Shown here: one piece after another, positions 27,758 to 41,720 of the stretch
Layout: each line of letters opens with the position of its first letter
Position numbering within the stretch: position 1 is the stretch's first letter
Translations under genes and position numbers: made by a program
Assembly: GCF_001194135.2 (NCBI RefSeq)
Contig: NC_068992.1
Span: 935,951 to 999,751, forward strand
Length of the DNA stretch: 63,801 nucleotides
From: Octopus bimaculoides
Lineage: Eukaryota
Direction of reading: 5' to 3'
Notes under the pieces: generated by a model
Database searches by the model: none
Seen by the model: only the letters and a program-made list of their open reading frames with translations
What the model was told of the DNA's origin: nothing

Positions 27758-29671
27758 TATCTAAACAAAGAACATGTATCTATCCTTCTTAACTGTAAGA
27801 TGACTGCTTACCCAACAGAGCTCAAGTGTCCTCCGACATGTTTTGCTTTTCGTTCTGCAGTGTGTCAAATGGACACAACCCTTTTCAGCACGCTAGCTTT
27901 GTAACGTTCCTGTTTAGTCACCGAAGTTGCTCTGACTTACATGTTACCAGTTGCACTAAATGTGACTTGGTATATACATACGTACATGAATAAGACGTAG
28001 TATATGCATGCATATTTGCATATCCGGAAACATTCACAAGTATTAATGAAAATTCGAAATGCGTATCTTCCTTCATGCTACCCTTGCATTGTTTCAAATT
28101 TCGTCATGATTTGTAGTTCAACAACATTCTGTAAACGTTGAGTATCAAAACTTAATAAGTAACACAAGCCTTTCGTTTGATGTGAAAATTTTCCAATGAT
28201 TCATTTAATGAAATACGCACACTGAAACACTTGCTCCCTCATGCTGATACATAGCCACGCACGCGCTCGCTCACGTCCACATATATGCATAAATTATTTA
28301 TTTCTCTATATCATGCATTAGAACTCTAGCAGATGTTGATAACACTATTGTCGCTTATCAACCTAAAGTGGAAAGAATTGCGTAGATTCTAAAATAGCGC
28401 TGTACAGTAAAACTTTGAAACAGTTAGGTTCCGTGCAATATCTTGGCAGCATATTAAATAGGAATGCAAATGCTGGTGCTTAAATTGCAAATACAATTCA
28501 GAAATCATGAATACCTTTTGAAGAATTACAATGCCCCTTTCGGTCTCCAGAGTTATACAAAATGAAAATGCATTTTCAAATATCTATTTCTAAAATAAAA
28601 AAATAAAAAAATGATAATAAAAAAATTTTAAATGCATAGCAAATGTTTTCTTGATTAGCTGTGAATATTGGTCATTTTGTCCAAAATATTGTAAAGTTTT
28701 AATTTTTACTGAAAAACATTTACGAATATTTTGTTCGTGTTTCTTTTTTTTACTGCCGTATTAAGAGTAGACACACGATGTATTTTGTTTATCGAATAGA
28801 CTCTAATAGTTATATCAGTTACTTTTTTACTCTTGAGGTTCCTTTTACCGAACCAGTATGCAAAGGAACAAAGGCAAAACCTGCACCGGTTAACATACGG
28901 CAGAATACAAATAAACACATAAGAATGTGTACGCGTATACATTAGCAAGCACACAAAAATTGGCATATATTGCACACACAAACAAATACATATACAAACA
29001 CAGGTGAACTGACAAATGTATGCTTACGCTTAGGTGTGTGAACATTTCGGAGTTCGCTTCACAACTCGTAGCAGAGACCTATATATTTAGGTATATATAG
29101 AAGGCTCTGCGTAGTTTCTTTGTCCAACTTTAATCAGAGCCTATTAATCAGACCGTTGTTATAGTAAAAGATCGTTCATATCCATATCATGCAATGCTTG
29201 AGCCATAAAGTCTTTTCAATCTGCTACTATAATATGACATTTAAATTTTATTTCATCTTATAGCATCTGTATTCAAAATACTTTAACATTACATTCGGAA
29301 TATTTGAAATGATATTAGGCAAAATGTCGGCGACACGCTTGACATAGGTTGGAGATATTTCAATGGTGCTGAAATGTTGGAATTGTCAGCACATGCATGT
29401 CTAGGCGTTCTCTTGCTATGGAGACAAACTAAAGTGATCGTATAAAACGATTAGAGTATTTTCTAGAGGTAACTAGGAAAGCAATCACACAGAAACTGGC
29501 TTTAAATACAAACAAAGGGTTTACATCGCGTCTGAAGAATCGCAATGTTGATGTGGTAAGTTAGAAAAAGTAATCTACTTGAAATGGAATCAAAATGAAA
29601 ATATGTATGGATTGCATAAATAGAGTTTGAAAAGAAGCGGATAAACTCTTCAAAACAAAACGAAGATATGA

Positions 29672-29815
29672 CCGTATGGCAAGAAATCTATTTCCCAACT
29701 ACATGGTTCTGGCACTAGTCCCTGTGTGTAGCACCTAGGCCACAGGCGTACCGCTATAAGTTCGAGCGGACTGCAGTCTGACGAGGAAATTTCCTAGACG
29801 AAAACTGAAAATGGC

Positions 29816-29820
<5 letters not shown>
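29672..29820 (+). mobile_element. SINE family B, decayed head
   Basis: ttcccaactacatggttctgg...agtccc...agacgaaaactgaaa followed by (AT)n. Confidence 0.6.
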
Positions 29821-29889
<69 letters not shown>

Positions 29890-30059
29890 TGTTTGCGTAT
29901 ATGTGTGTGTGCGTATATGTGTGTGTGCGTATATATGTGTGTATGTGTGTATCCATGTAGGTAGGTATGAATATGTACACACATACTCACACACACACAC
30001 ACACACACACACACATAAATATAACTAATAGGATTCTTCCAGTTGCCTTCCCAAATATG

Positions 30060-30900
30060 CACATAATTATGGTGAAAGTTTTAGGGTCGATTGTGTTTGT
30101 TTATTGTTGATCTTACAGTATTTCTTCTTAGGTGAATTTAATTAGGATGCATTCTGGTTGAAACCTTACTTTTCATTCCAGATCGTAGACCAGAAGGATT
30201 TAAGATGTTCGTGAGAAAGGGCTTTTTTTTTGTTACCAGTTTTTCGCCCCCATCTCCATATAATGCCTGCGGACTGGAAAACAAACTTGTGCTTCATACT
30301 GTCGCGCCAGATAAATTTTTCTTCGATGACAAAACTTGTCACTCAACGTCGTGAGTTTCAGGCTTCGAAGTAATTAGTTTCTCTCGGAGTCAAGAATTTC
30401 CTTATTTTTCGCATAAGAAGTAATGCGTGCTGTGCGAACTCATTATTTCTTCTACATTTTGTTACCGAGGTTAACCATCCAATATGTCAGTGAATATTGC
30501 AGTTGTTTTCTTCAAGGTTATTTTTCCACCTGGGTTGCTTTCGTTTAGTAAATTCATTAGCACGTGCACAGCAGTTTTTTCCCATGTCTTCTTCTATAAC
30601 AAAAGCGCCAACGTATACAAAGGTATTAATTTTCTATTAATTAAAATGGTATGATTCTATGTGTTCTCCAGCGACATCATTGAACATTTTTATCATGAGA
30701 GGAGTGTTTCTTCTTTAATCTCGTTACATAAACCGAGAGAAAATATTTCCAATCGTGGTTCTAAAATGTCCTTAAGCTGCATATATTCCTGAGTCATGTT
30801 TGTCGAATCGGCTACACATGGACTTATACGACAGTATAGTGATGGTCTCAGCTGTTTGTCTCCTTTGGTTTCGCCATGTTTTGCCAGATTTGGCTGGATT
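30060..30900 (-). mobile_element. Decayed R4/Dong-type LINE, region N-terminal to RT
   Basis: Minus-strand remnants VYVGAFVIEEDMG, KQPRWKNNLE, LKSFWSTIWNEK and FNQNAS*L resemble this clade's pre-RT motifs (FW..IW, HN..A.W). Many stops; boundaries approximate. Confidence 0.5.
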
Positions 30901-31566
30901 TCCATTATTTTATCAAATCGATTAGCGTCAAAGATTTAGAATAATGATTACTATTGGGACAGAAAAGTTGTTACAACAACAACAGCAACAACAACAACAA
31001 CAAAAGAAAGAAAAAGTATACAAAGAAATTGTTACGACAGATGTTTCCCCGTAAAATGTAGTTTGGATTAAATCATTCTCAGCAGTTTTAACCGCATCTT
31101 ATCACCGACAAGGTGACCGTCACGGTGTTTTTGAAGTAGAAGTGCTTGAATTAAATATAAAGACCAAGTAGGGTGAGAAGTGTAGTTTCGTCGACTTGAA
31201 TAATATCTAGGTCTCGTACTATTCCTTCTTTGGTATTGGTGTTGGAATTATCATCATTGAAAACTTGAAAAATTCCAGTATTTTGTTATCTGGTGTGTAT
31301 GGCACTAATTCGTTAAATAGCAGGTGTTACTCATATTTAGAATAGAAGAAAGAAACCAGGTACTGTATAAATCGGCATAGAGGAGACAAGAACAAACATG
31401 TTGCAAAATTCATTTTCTCTGGTGCTGTACGCCTGAATGTCTGGTGATAACGGTGACATAGCTATGGATATGAATATATGTTTCTCTATACCTAGACACA
31501 TATATACACACGTACATTTATAAATATATATGCCCATAAGCATTTCGTTGTATATTTACTTATATA

Positions 31567-31705
31567 GGTGCAGAAGTGGCTGTGTGGTAAGAAGCTCGCT
31601 TCCGAACAACATGGTTCCGGGTTCAGTCCCACTGCATGGCACCTTGTAACAGTTTCTTCTACCTTGTGTGTGGATTTGGTATATGGAAACTGAAAGAAGC
31701 TCGTC

Positions 31706-31746
<41 letters not shown>

Positions 31747-31950
31747 ACTGTGTGTGTCTGTGTTTGTCCCCCAACTATCGCGTGACAACAGATATTGGTG
31801 TGTTTACGTCCCTGTAACCCGGCGGTTCGGCAAAAGAGGCCTATAGAATAAGTTCTAGACTTACAAAGAATAAGTCCTAGGATCGATGTGTTCGTCTTAA
31901 GGTAGTGCTCTAGCATGGCCGCAGTCAAAGGGGTGAAGCAAATAAAAGAA
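31567..31950 (+). mobile_element. tRNA-derived SINE, family B (internal (TA)n)
   Basis: gtggctgtgtggtaagaagc (A-box-like) ...ggttccgggttcagtccc (B-box-like), (TA)n, then a 3' half ending ctagcatggccgcagtc. Confidence 0.9.
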
Positions 31951-31982
31951 TATATATTATGCAAATATATATATATATATAT

Positions 31983-32131
31983 ACGACAGCCTTCTTTCAG
32001 TTTCTGTGTACCAAATCCACTCACAATCTTTGATCGTCCCGAGGCTATAGTAGAAGACACTTGCCTAAGGTGGCACGCTGTGGGACTGAACCCGGAACCA
32101 TGTGGTTGTTAAGCAAGCTTACCACACGGCC
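31983..32131 (-). mobile_element. SINE family B, 5' half, inverted
   Basis: Reverse complement of the family B head: gggactgaacccggaaccatgtggttg...accacacggcc. Confidence 0.9.
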
Positions 32132-33193
32132 TAACTATATATATATATATATATATNNNNNNNNNNNNNNNNNNNNNNNNNNNNNNNNNNNNNNNNNNNN
32201 NNNNNNNNNNNNNNATATACATATATAGATAGGTATAGAGAAATATAAATATATTTTTATCTCCCTCTGTGTGTTAGCCTATTTATGCAAAAACTACCAT
32301 GATGCGTTCTAGTATTTATATGTTGTAAAGTATATATGTTGTAAAGTATATAGCGTGTAAATAAATATAGAGATTTGCTATAGTTACGATGTATATGCAT
32401 ATGTACTTGTGTGTGCATATAGGTCTATATGTACACAATTTTGGTTCTCTTTGTAGCTTATATAGTTAATAATTTAGATGTACATTAGCGCATATATTTA
32501 AATATTTACCGGAACCTGAGAGGACGAATTTAAATATTCAGTTGTTCATTAGTGAAAATATTTCCATCTGTTCAGAGAACAGTAATGCATACGTAATACA
32601 TGCACACATACATTCATATATATCTATAAGTGAATATATATGCCCGTCTATATATATATTTATTTGATATGTATATATAAATATATAGTATATGTATATG
32701 TATGTTATGTATATATAAATATGTATATATATGTGTGTATATATATATATATATATGTTTGTGTGTGTATGTGTATATAGATATATAGGTAATGGATTTA
32801 CCTATATCTTTCCATCTTACTATCTCCATTTATGTAAGTATTTTGTCATTTAATCACTATGATGAAATGCCTAACATGTTAATGGAATGTAAAATTGCTA
32901 TTCTTTAATAAAACGCTCACGCCCAAACATCAGACAAGAAATTCCGTATTGGCTTTGTACGTAAGAAAAAGTTAGCAACGCAAACTATATTCATATAAAT
33001 TCGACATGAAAAGAAAAGAAAAAAAAATGGAAACCACAATATGTGCAGTTTTATTTATCAGTTATTTGTTTCATGGATGTCAGTACAGTAAGCAAAATGT
33101 AGTCAAGGCTCCATTGCAAAGTAAAATGATTTCCTTTTCCTTGAATATCAATTTACACCTCTCCTTTTTTATTACATTTTGGAACCGAGAAAC

Positions 33194-33194
<1 letters not shown>

Positions 33195-33268
<74 letters not shown>

Positions 33269-33338
33269 CCTGTGTATCTCAGTAACTAGCTACTTGTATA
33301 GCTCTCTGTCCGTCTGTCTGTCTGTCTGTCTGTCTGTC

Positions 33339-33408
<70 letters not shown>
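33195..33408. repeat. Compound (ATCT)n-(GTCT)n-(CT)n-(AT)n microsatellite
   Basis: Seen directly. Confidence 0.95.
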
Positions 33409-33411
<3 letters not shown>

Positions 33412-34309
33412 GGGGTTATTTAAATCCAGGAAATCGCCTCACAGGTGCGAATTTGCCATTCTATAAAGATGACCCACAATTATCATCATTTAATTAATAT
33501 ATCAAAGCGTATATCGACTGTGGATAATTGTGAGAAACTACTGCTTGATAAACAAGGACAATGCATTTGCAAAAATTTAACGCCGGTGTGTAAGAGCGCT
33601 ATTTCTAATTCAGCAGGGACCTAAACAGTGTTACTGGATGGATAAAATCAGCGATATCTACCATGTATGACAAATCCGATTTTCACCGAAATATTAAAAC
33701 GAAATGCTTAACATTAAAATGCAAATAGACATGTAAAAAGGTATCTGCTCTTTTTGCCAATTCATCCGTCATCCACCTCACCCTAAATAACTGATATAAA
33801 TCATTGTCTTTTCTTAAGGAAAGTATACGTATTTCAGCCATAGATTAGTGTCGTGGATTATGGCAATCTTGGAAGAAATCTGGTGTTTATCCAGGTTCCC
33901 ATTCATATTGGGAGCTGGCAGACTTCAGCTGCATAATTGACTAACACGGAAGTAGTATCAAATTTACAAGTTTTCGTTTCACTCGTAAATAATATTGGAA
34001 CATGTTCAATTACCATTTCATAATATCACGCATCCAGCACTGGAGATTTGTATGTAACAATACCCAGAACCCGAATGTACGCTTTTGTAATTTCTTCGTT
34101 AAATTGCAGTTTAGTAGTAGAAGAAAATTTTCCTCTATAGGGTCTTCCATAAGCATATCTTTACTTGTAAATACTGAAACACTAAAACCTGTATCATGAT
34201 TTTCTTTCTTATGTACACACTTTCATTATAAGGTACAAATACGTAAATACACACATAAATACACACCCTTTTGATACGCCTCGCTGACCTTGACGTTCCT
34301 TTCTCTGTG

Positions 34310-34625
34310 TAGAATGTCATCCAGCTCCAAAATCCCTAAATATCAATACCCACTACCGTCGGAGTCAACCATGGTCTCTCCTGATGGTAACCGCAATCCT
34401 CTGCAAGGCTGATTTCTTCCCACATTTCATATAAGTACTGAGCAAAGCTTTTTCTGTAAGATGTCATTTAAGTTTTCCATCCCACCATACTTCTCTTCAG
34501 GAAACACGTTACATTATTTGCAATTCCAAACAGATCTAAGCACCATTAGTTCACGAATGTGGAATCATGTCAAAAGCTTTGCAACAGTCAATCCAGGCTA
34601 GTCCCAGATTTGTTCTCCTTTGTTT
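34310..34625 (-). mobile_element. Older R4/Dong-type RT fragment
   Basis: Minus strand reads NLGLAWIDCCKAFDMIPHS (WIDYxKAxDxVPH motif) and LPSGETMVDSDGSGY*YLGILELDDI (YxYLG motif), with a large internal deletion. Confidence 0.7.
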
Positions 34626-34649
34626 ACAATCTTGCATTTACGTTTTGTT

Positions 34650-35287
34650 AATGAATATTTGATCTTTGGTACCTCTGCATCTCCTTCTATAGAGACCTCA
34701 AGAGACAACAAATTAGAAGTTCATGTAGGTGTTATGCCTAGGGTACCATATATTTGAATTTGTACTGTGTTGTTCTAGATAATGTTTAAAAATTTGAGAT
34801 CACATAGACAGTATTTTACGTAGGATATGGGCAGTTCCCATGAGCACTATCTTTTGCACTTCAACCATTTTGGGGTTTCCTGGTATCGGAGCTAGGTAGT
34901 AATCATCCCGTTTCGCTGTCATTCCCAGGACATCTATGACAATAGGTATTGTTTTCGTCTTCAGATTCCACATTTTGCTAATTTCTATTTCAAGATCTTT
35001 ATATTTGCTCAGTTTTTGGTAGGTCTTGACAGATACGTTTATATCGATTGGGACAGTCATATCAATGAGGAGGCATGCTTTTTATCTGAAGTCTTTCAGT
35101 ATGATGTCTGGCCTATTTGCATCTATCTTTCTGTCAGTTTGAATGGTGAAGTTCCAGAGGAGTGCGATGTGATCATTTTCAAGTACTGGGGGTGGTTTGT
35201 GTTCCCACCAGTTTTTATTATGGGGCAAGTCCAAGTTTTTGCAAATTACCCAGTGAATATATTGTGAAGCTCTATCATGCCTGTTGA
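34650..35287 (-). mobile_element. 3' end of R4/Dong-type non-LTR retrotransposon (restriction-like endonuclease domain plus 3'UTR)
   Basis: NRHDRASQYIHWVICKNL...[49 protein letters not shown]...MGTAHILRKILSM shows RHD, RPD, D and K..KY RLE motifs. There is one in-frame stop, and the 5' part runs into a gap. Confidence 0.9.
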
Positions 35288-35761
35288 NNNNNNNNNNNNN
35301 NNNNNNNNNNNNNNNNNNNNNNNNNNNNNNNNNNNNNNNNNNNNNNNNNNNNNNNNNNNNNNNNNNNNNNNNNNNNNNNNNNNNNNNNNNNNNNNNNNNN
35401 NNNNNNNNNNNNNNNNNNNNNNNNNNNNNNNNNNNNNNNNNNNNNNNNNNNNNNNNNNNNNNNNNNNNNNNNNNNNNNNNNNNNNNNNNNNNNNNNNNNN
35501 NNNNNNNNNNNNNNNNNNNNNNNNNNNNNNNNNNNNNNNNNNNNNNNNNNNNNNNNNNNNNNNNNNNNNNNNNNNNNNNNNNNNNNNNNNNNNNNNNNNN
35601 NNNNNNNNNNNNNNNNNNNNNNNNNNNNNNNNNNNNNNNNNNNNNNNNNNNNNNNNNNNNNNNNNNNNNNNNNNNNNNNNNNNNNNNNNNNNNNNNNNNN
35701 NNNNNNNNNNNNNNNNNNNNNNNNNNNNNNNNNNNNNNNNNNNNNNNNNNNNNNNNNNNNN

Positions 35762-35838
<77 letters not shown>
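35762..35838. repeat. (TTA)n microsatellite
   Basis: Seen directly; abuts a gap. Confidence 0.95.
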
Positions 35839-35840
<2 letters not shown>

Positions 35841-35987
35841 AATTAAAAGAAGAGTGCCATTTGTTATCTTGGGAACAATATTTCGACATCTCGCGTGTCT
35901 TCCACTGGTTCGAAAAATAAATTTGTCAATCTACTTCATTTTCGTTTATATAGAAAGGATTGAGGTAACTCCTCCGATATAGAGTCA

Positions 35988-36216
35988 TAAGATCAATTAT
36001 TAATTAGGTATGTAGGCTTCAGCAATACACACCACAATATGGAGTGCGATATCACTGGAGTGATTAACCCGTTTAAACTTGATTACAGACGAAATTAAAA
36101 TACTCATTTGATTGAATTATTTATTTATCTTTCACTTATTCGTTTAATATCATATGCAGTTGTGTCTCTATCTCTCTTTACCAAAGTTAAGTATGGTGTA
36201 AACAAAACATCTCTTA

Positions 36217-36268
<52 letters not shown>

Positions 36269-36834
36269 ATTATTATTATTATTACTGTTGTTGTTATTAT
36301 TATTATAATAATCTTCTGTCATACTTCCACTCTTTAAATATTTTTCCACTCTAAATCACAGGACAAACGCTCTCATCAGAAGCAAAAAAGTTTTGTCTTA
36401 TTTGCGCCGATGCAATTTACTAGTATGATTGCATGAATAAATAAATGAGTTGCTCCCAAAGTTGACGTGTTCTTTCAATGATCGTTAATTAACAATGTTT
36501 GATATAGCTGTTCTTAGATTAACATTGCTACATAAATATATTTTAATTAAGTTTGTATTCCAGTCTGTAAATTGCAAACAATTAAGAACAGTCTGTCGAA
36601 TATTTAAGATCAATTATTAATTAGGTATGTAGGCTTCGGCAATACACACCACAATATGGAGTGCGATATCACTGGAGTGATTAACCTGTTTAAACTTGAT
36701 TACAGACGAAATTAAAATACTCATCTGATTGAATTATTTATTTATCTTTTACTTATTCGTTTAATATCATATGCAGTTGTGACTCTATCTCTCTTTACCA
36801 AAGTTAAGTATGGTGTAAACAAAACATCTCTTAA
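35988..36834 (+). repeat. 230-bp direct repeat pair
   Basis: 35988-36217 and 36605-36834 differ by 5 substitutions. Confidence 0.95.
36216..36310. repeat. Compound (CTT)n-(ATT)n-(GTT)n microsatellite
   Basis: Seen directly. Confidence 0.95.
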
Positions 36835-37046
36835 TGTATAATTGTTGCTAAAAGTTGAGAAGTTAATTATGGCAAACAGTTTGAAAAGTAGAACCACATT
36901 TCTCATTGTCACGAAGATATTTGGGCACCTCAGGTTAAAGATATTAAATCATGTGAGAACTGAGATGCTGCGCCCATAAGATATGCGTACGGTAAGTAGT
37001 GACATTAATACATGTCATTTGTATACAGCGTCTATATACGTGAATA

Positions 37047-37090
<44 letters not shown>

Positions 37091-39289
37091 ACACGCGTAC
37101 ACACATACAGTTAAATAGGTGGATACTTTTAACTGTTATTCAGCATACGAACGAAGTGCTGCAGTGAAGAACAATATACGACACTGATTTCTAGTCACTC
37201 CATAAAACTGCAAATGGTTGTCGACATCAGTCTTCTTCACGAATACGGTAGCATTATCACAGGTTAAAGCAGGAAATGCGAATTTGCCATTGTACATATA
37301 TTGTGTTCATTATGTCTAGATGAACCGTAAGACGTGTGGCCAGAACCTCCTGGAAAATAACCATAGCGAGGGACATTCCACAGTTGAATTAGAACAGTCA
37401 CAAACAGTGAAAGAAGACATGCACCCAACACCATGCTTCATGACTTACACCTGAATAAGTAGTAGCAGGCTTAATCGACTATCTGGAATATATTCAATGC
37501 AATACAATCACTAACGGTACACAGTGAACTGGGTTTGTATTGGGAAGTCATGACAAAATATACAGAAATGTTGAAAGCAATTAATATCACATGCATATAA
37601 CAGCAATAGTCCAACTATTCACTACCAGCGATACGAAGCATATTTCCTGTGAGTCGTAATTCCAACAACTCTACAATCAAATCATACAGAAGTTCTAATG
37701 TGAAATCTTTTATTTCTGAACCACTGTTTTCACTTATTAATTGACTGAGTTTATATGTCACCACTTTCCTTCGGTTTAGTGTATATGTCTGTCAGTCACC
37801 TTGTATAAGGTATTTTTTGTGTACGTATGAATAATCCTCACACGGACTCTCAAATATATGACCCAAAATATTCGAAGTAATTTCCAGGATTTTACAAAAT
37901 ATTTTGTAAAAACTAATCAATATTAACACGAAGGCTATTTTTCGACATGTTTTCTTTAAAGGATATCCATGTCTTGCGTGCAATAAATGCCAAAGTTTGA
38001 AGAGTATCCTTCTCACATCACCCCTATGTCCATTTCATATTGTTTTCTACTACAACATTGACTTGCAGCTTTTAAATGCATTATTGAATATTTAATTAAT
38101 GGACGATCTGTATGTAATCACGACCTGTATGTAAAGATGCTGTAGAATGAAGAAAATATAAAGCAATACAATGGTCTCTACAATGCGAAGTTGTTTTCTC
38201 TTCATAGATTTTATATTTTATTTTAATTCTTTCTAAGATAGACATGATTTTAGTGAAGGAAAGAAATAAACAAAAATTAGATACATGTGTAAATTGCGTT
38301 CATAATTACCTTATTGTGCTTAATGATGAGAGTTACATGAGTGCTTTTGAGCAGAAAACCATTTGAATTTAATGGTTTCTACGAACGTGAAAATAAAATA
38401 TATAAATAGAATCTAATGTAGTTGAATATATATTGAAAGTAATTGCAATTGCCACTTAAGAATCATCAGACAAGTTTAAATAGTCAACACAAAAATTAAA
38501 TGCAAAATGAAGTGAGACTATAAACGTAAACCACATATTGAACGAAGTTTTGAAATTAGGTGAAATACCATATAATTGAAAGAAAAACATTTAAAACATC
38601 AACGAGTATTTAATAATTGTGTATATCTTAGATTATTTGTATTTGCTTGTCAAACACTTAGCTTCAGCTTGATAGCGTTTCATTTTATGATTGCGCTGTC
38701 ATATGTTCGTTTCCCGTCAGTAGGTTTGCGGTTTAGAGCAGAAAATAATTTTAACCACCCGCTTTCAGTTAAGCATTTTGTAAGTATTAGCGAAATTATG
38801 TAGTGAGGAATTTGCTTTATAATTCTGGTGTGAAGTATATTTCCAAAAGTTTATTTAAATGTTGAATTTATATCCTCTCATAAATAACATTGTTCGGCTT
38901 AAACGTTTTATTGCTGTAAAGTAGTATCAATTTATACATATATTAATAAATTTACTAGAGAACGCTATTTGGTGTACAAAATATGTTTCCATAAAAAATA
39001 TGTTCGTAGACAGCAAAACAAGGAATAGCTGTGCATACATGTTCACAGTCTCTTCGATATTTTGCCAGCAATTGTGGGCGGCGTGTACCTTTCTATGCAG
39101 ATATAGCTTAGTATTAGAGGTTAAAATGAAGTAGATAGAACAATTGCCATATCATAATGTTTTTTGGCTCCTCGTATAGCTACTAAATAACAGGCTTGGT
39201 AACAATGATTAGTATCGTTCGTATAATACACTATAACACACATTTGTGAGAATTATAAACCGATACTCCATCATTGGATGAATGTATAC

Positions 39290-39640
39290 AATACATTCAT
39301 GAATGCATTTCTTACTAAGTTCCAGCTGCGATGGAGTGGACGTGTGATGCGCATGCCCTACTCCAGACGCCCCAAATAGATCATATTTGATGAACGACCA
39401 TATGGAAAGCTAGACTCAAAGCAACTTTAAAAAGGGTAAATTAGAGAAGTCTACGTGGAAACATCTTGCTCAAGAACGCTTACTGAGGCGTAGAGCTATG
39501 TACTCTGTAGAATAAAGTATTCGGAATCAGATATGATCAGAAAGTAAAAGAGAAGATTTCAGAGAAAGTAAGAGTCATACAGAGATATGACTCCACTTTT
39601 ACGTGCTCCCATTGCAATAAACCTATCTAAAATAAAACCA
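39290..39640 (+). mobile_element. RTE LINE 3' fragment
   Basis: FLTKFQLRWSGRVMRMPYSRRPK*IIF matches the RTE motif QLRW.GHV.RM...R.PK. Boundaries approximate. Confidence 0.7.
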
Positions 39641-39849
39641 AAGCCAAGGACTAATAGACAATTTATAAAAAGGGGAAAATAATTTTGGAAGGAAAATAAG
39701 AATCCTAAATTTAAAAACCATTTAAACTTTCAAACTCGTTTGACGTCGGTTCAAATCTAATAAAAATCATTCATTGCAATTTCTGTTACTTTTAATAATA
39801 TTCAGTAATAACATGCCATTGTACAGATATCAAGATGTTAAAGTGAAAT

Positions 39850-40845
39850 TATGAAACGTCATGGGTCTAGATGAGGCTTCTTTGGTTTTAACATTGTGAA
39901 GGACACAGATCTGAATCATAAGTGTACTTTACTCAAATTGATGAGTTTAATGTCTTCAACAACATCCATTGCAATATTTTTCTAACGACAATGGAAATAC
40001 TATGTTCTGAGTCTTAAAAATTCATAAAATATATCTATTCTTTCATACCACATGATTTTTTATGGATTTATTTATTTTACCATTCACGGGGACTCAACAG
40101 CGTGATTCATTTATACCCTTAAATTTTGAATCACTTACGAATATTGAGTCTATGAGATCGGTTCAAAAGAAATTTGAATTAATCACTAGCATTTAGACGA
40201 TGATAACGGGTTAATAATTTTGACTGATCATAAAATAATAATGATTTTGTTGGTTGGCTCATCTCCAAGAAAAACAAAATCCAGATCATGTAAAAGAATG
40301 ATAAATGAACGTTTAAAGTAGAGATAAAGCTGCAGATGCATTTATCATCAGCACACTCGTTGATTACATTTCGAACATTCGAATGATAACCTTAAAGATA
40401 GAAAACACCGAAACCATTCTTTGATTAACTTGCGAGTAGGATGTTTTCAAAATTGTATTCGTATAACGAACAGCACCACCAGAAGTAAATATACTCGAGA
40501 TGGCAAGACCAAAATGTTGTATATGAAGAGGCTCTGCAAAATTGATAAAAATCAACCATCAAGGAATTGTTTCATAATCGCAGATCGTCATTTCTTTCAT
40601 CCTTGCAGCCATCCACCAATTCAACTTCGATATTACTTTACCGTTACAATCAATCGATTTTATGATTAAACTGTTTTACTTAGCAGTATTTGTAAATGCA
40701 TCCCACATCACCGTGTATTTGTAAATCTCTTTGTAATTTAAACAGGAACTGAAAAGGGAACAGGATAGGACATGAAACAGTGTAATGGGACCGGGAACTG
40801 GAAATAACCCCCGATTTTCCGGGTATTACTGGGTAATTCAACTAG
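39850..40845 (+). mobile_element. Decayed Helitron 3' end
   Basis: Ends in a GC-rich subterminal motif ccgggtattactgggt followed by CTAG|T (40842-46). Upstream remnants (LRVGCF, RDGKTK) resemble the helicase C-terminus (LYVxCSR...GKTxNVVY). Confidence 0.5.
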
Positions 40846-41199
40846 TATAATGTATATGGATGTCACAAATTGATGATTTGAGTATTAATTTTATCATGTC
40901 CAAGTAAGCATTGGGTAAGCAACAAGATCCAGTTTATCATGGCGATATGTATGCAGCTGCCAAATAACTACCAGAGTTTGCCATTTCATAATTAATTTCA
41001 TATCTTATAATATACATATATCTGCAAGACAATTCGAGTTTAATTTCTCTACGATTTGGAGGGAGATGTATCCTGATGAAAACAAACTACCCAATTCCTG
41101 AAACTGAAACTCGTTATATAAATGGTGACAGTGCCAACACATAGACAAACAAAACCAACACTAACCTATTCGCATTGTGAATAACGTCTTCAGTCTAGC

Positions 41200-41720
41200 T
41201 CAACTATCAAGGAATTCAGGTACAAGGGAAAAAGTTCTTTATCGATCACTTACATAACGAAAACAAAATAGGTTTTCGTACCCTTAAATGGGAACGGATG
41301 GTAGGACAGGATTTCATGACAGTAGAAAAGTTAAAAAGTTTAGAATGACATGGTAAACAGCAAGTTAAATTCTTGAATATGGATATCGATTGAATAAAGA
41401 CAAATACAATATTGGGGATAAAACAGATTGGCGTTGTTCAGTTTGAGACAGAATTGTTAGAGAAACTTGACCATGTAGTATTACATATGTTGTGGAACCT
41501 TGCAATATACAGAAGAATAACGAGAATGGTTATCGGACGGTACGCAACAATTAGTTACTATGAATCATTCGGTATGTATTGAAATAAGTGATCAGCAGAT
41601 AGTTTAGATATACGAACAGAAGTTTAACTAATTCGAACTCGTAATAATTAGTAAATATCAGAAAGGATAATACATAGCATACTGAAGGAGAGAAAATATG
41701 GGAACTAAGATGTTTATAGC
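41200..41720 (+). mobile_element. Possible L1/Tx1-like LINE 3' remnant
   Basis: Purine-rich strand with LKWERMVG and a C..-..EKLDHVV zinc-finger-like remnant. Heavily decayed. Confidence 0.3.

Noticed and set aside
37320-37454. 44-aa ORF MNRKTCGQNLLENNH...
   Set aside because: Short, no homology recognised, and within chance expectation.
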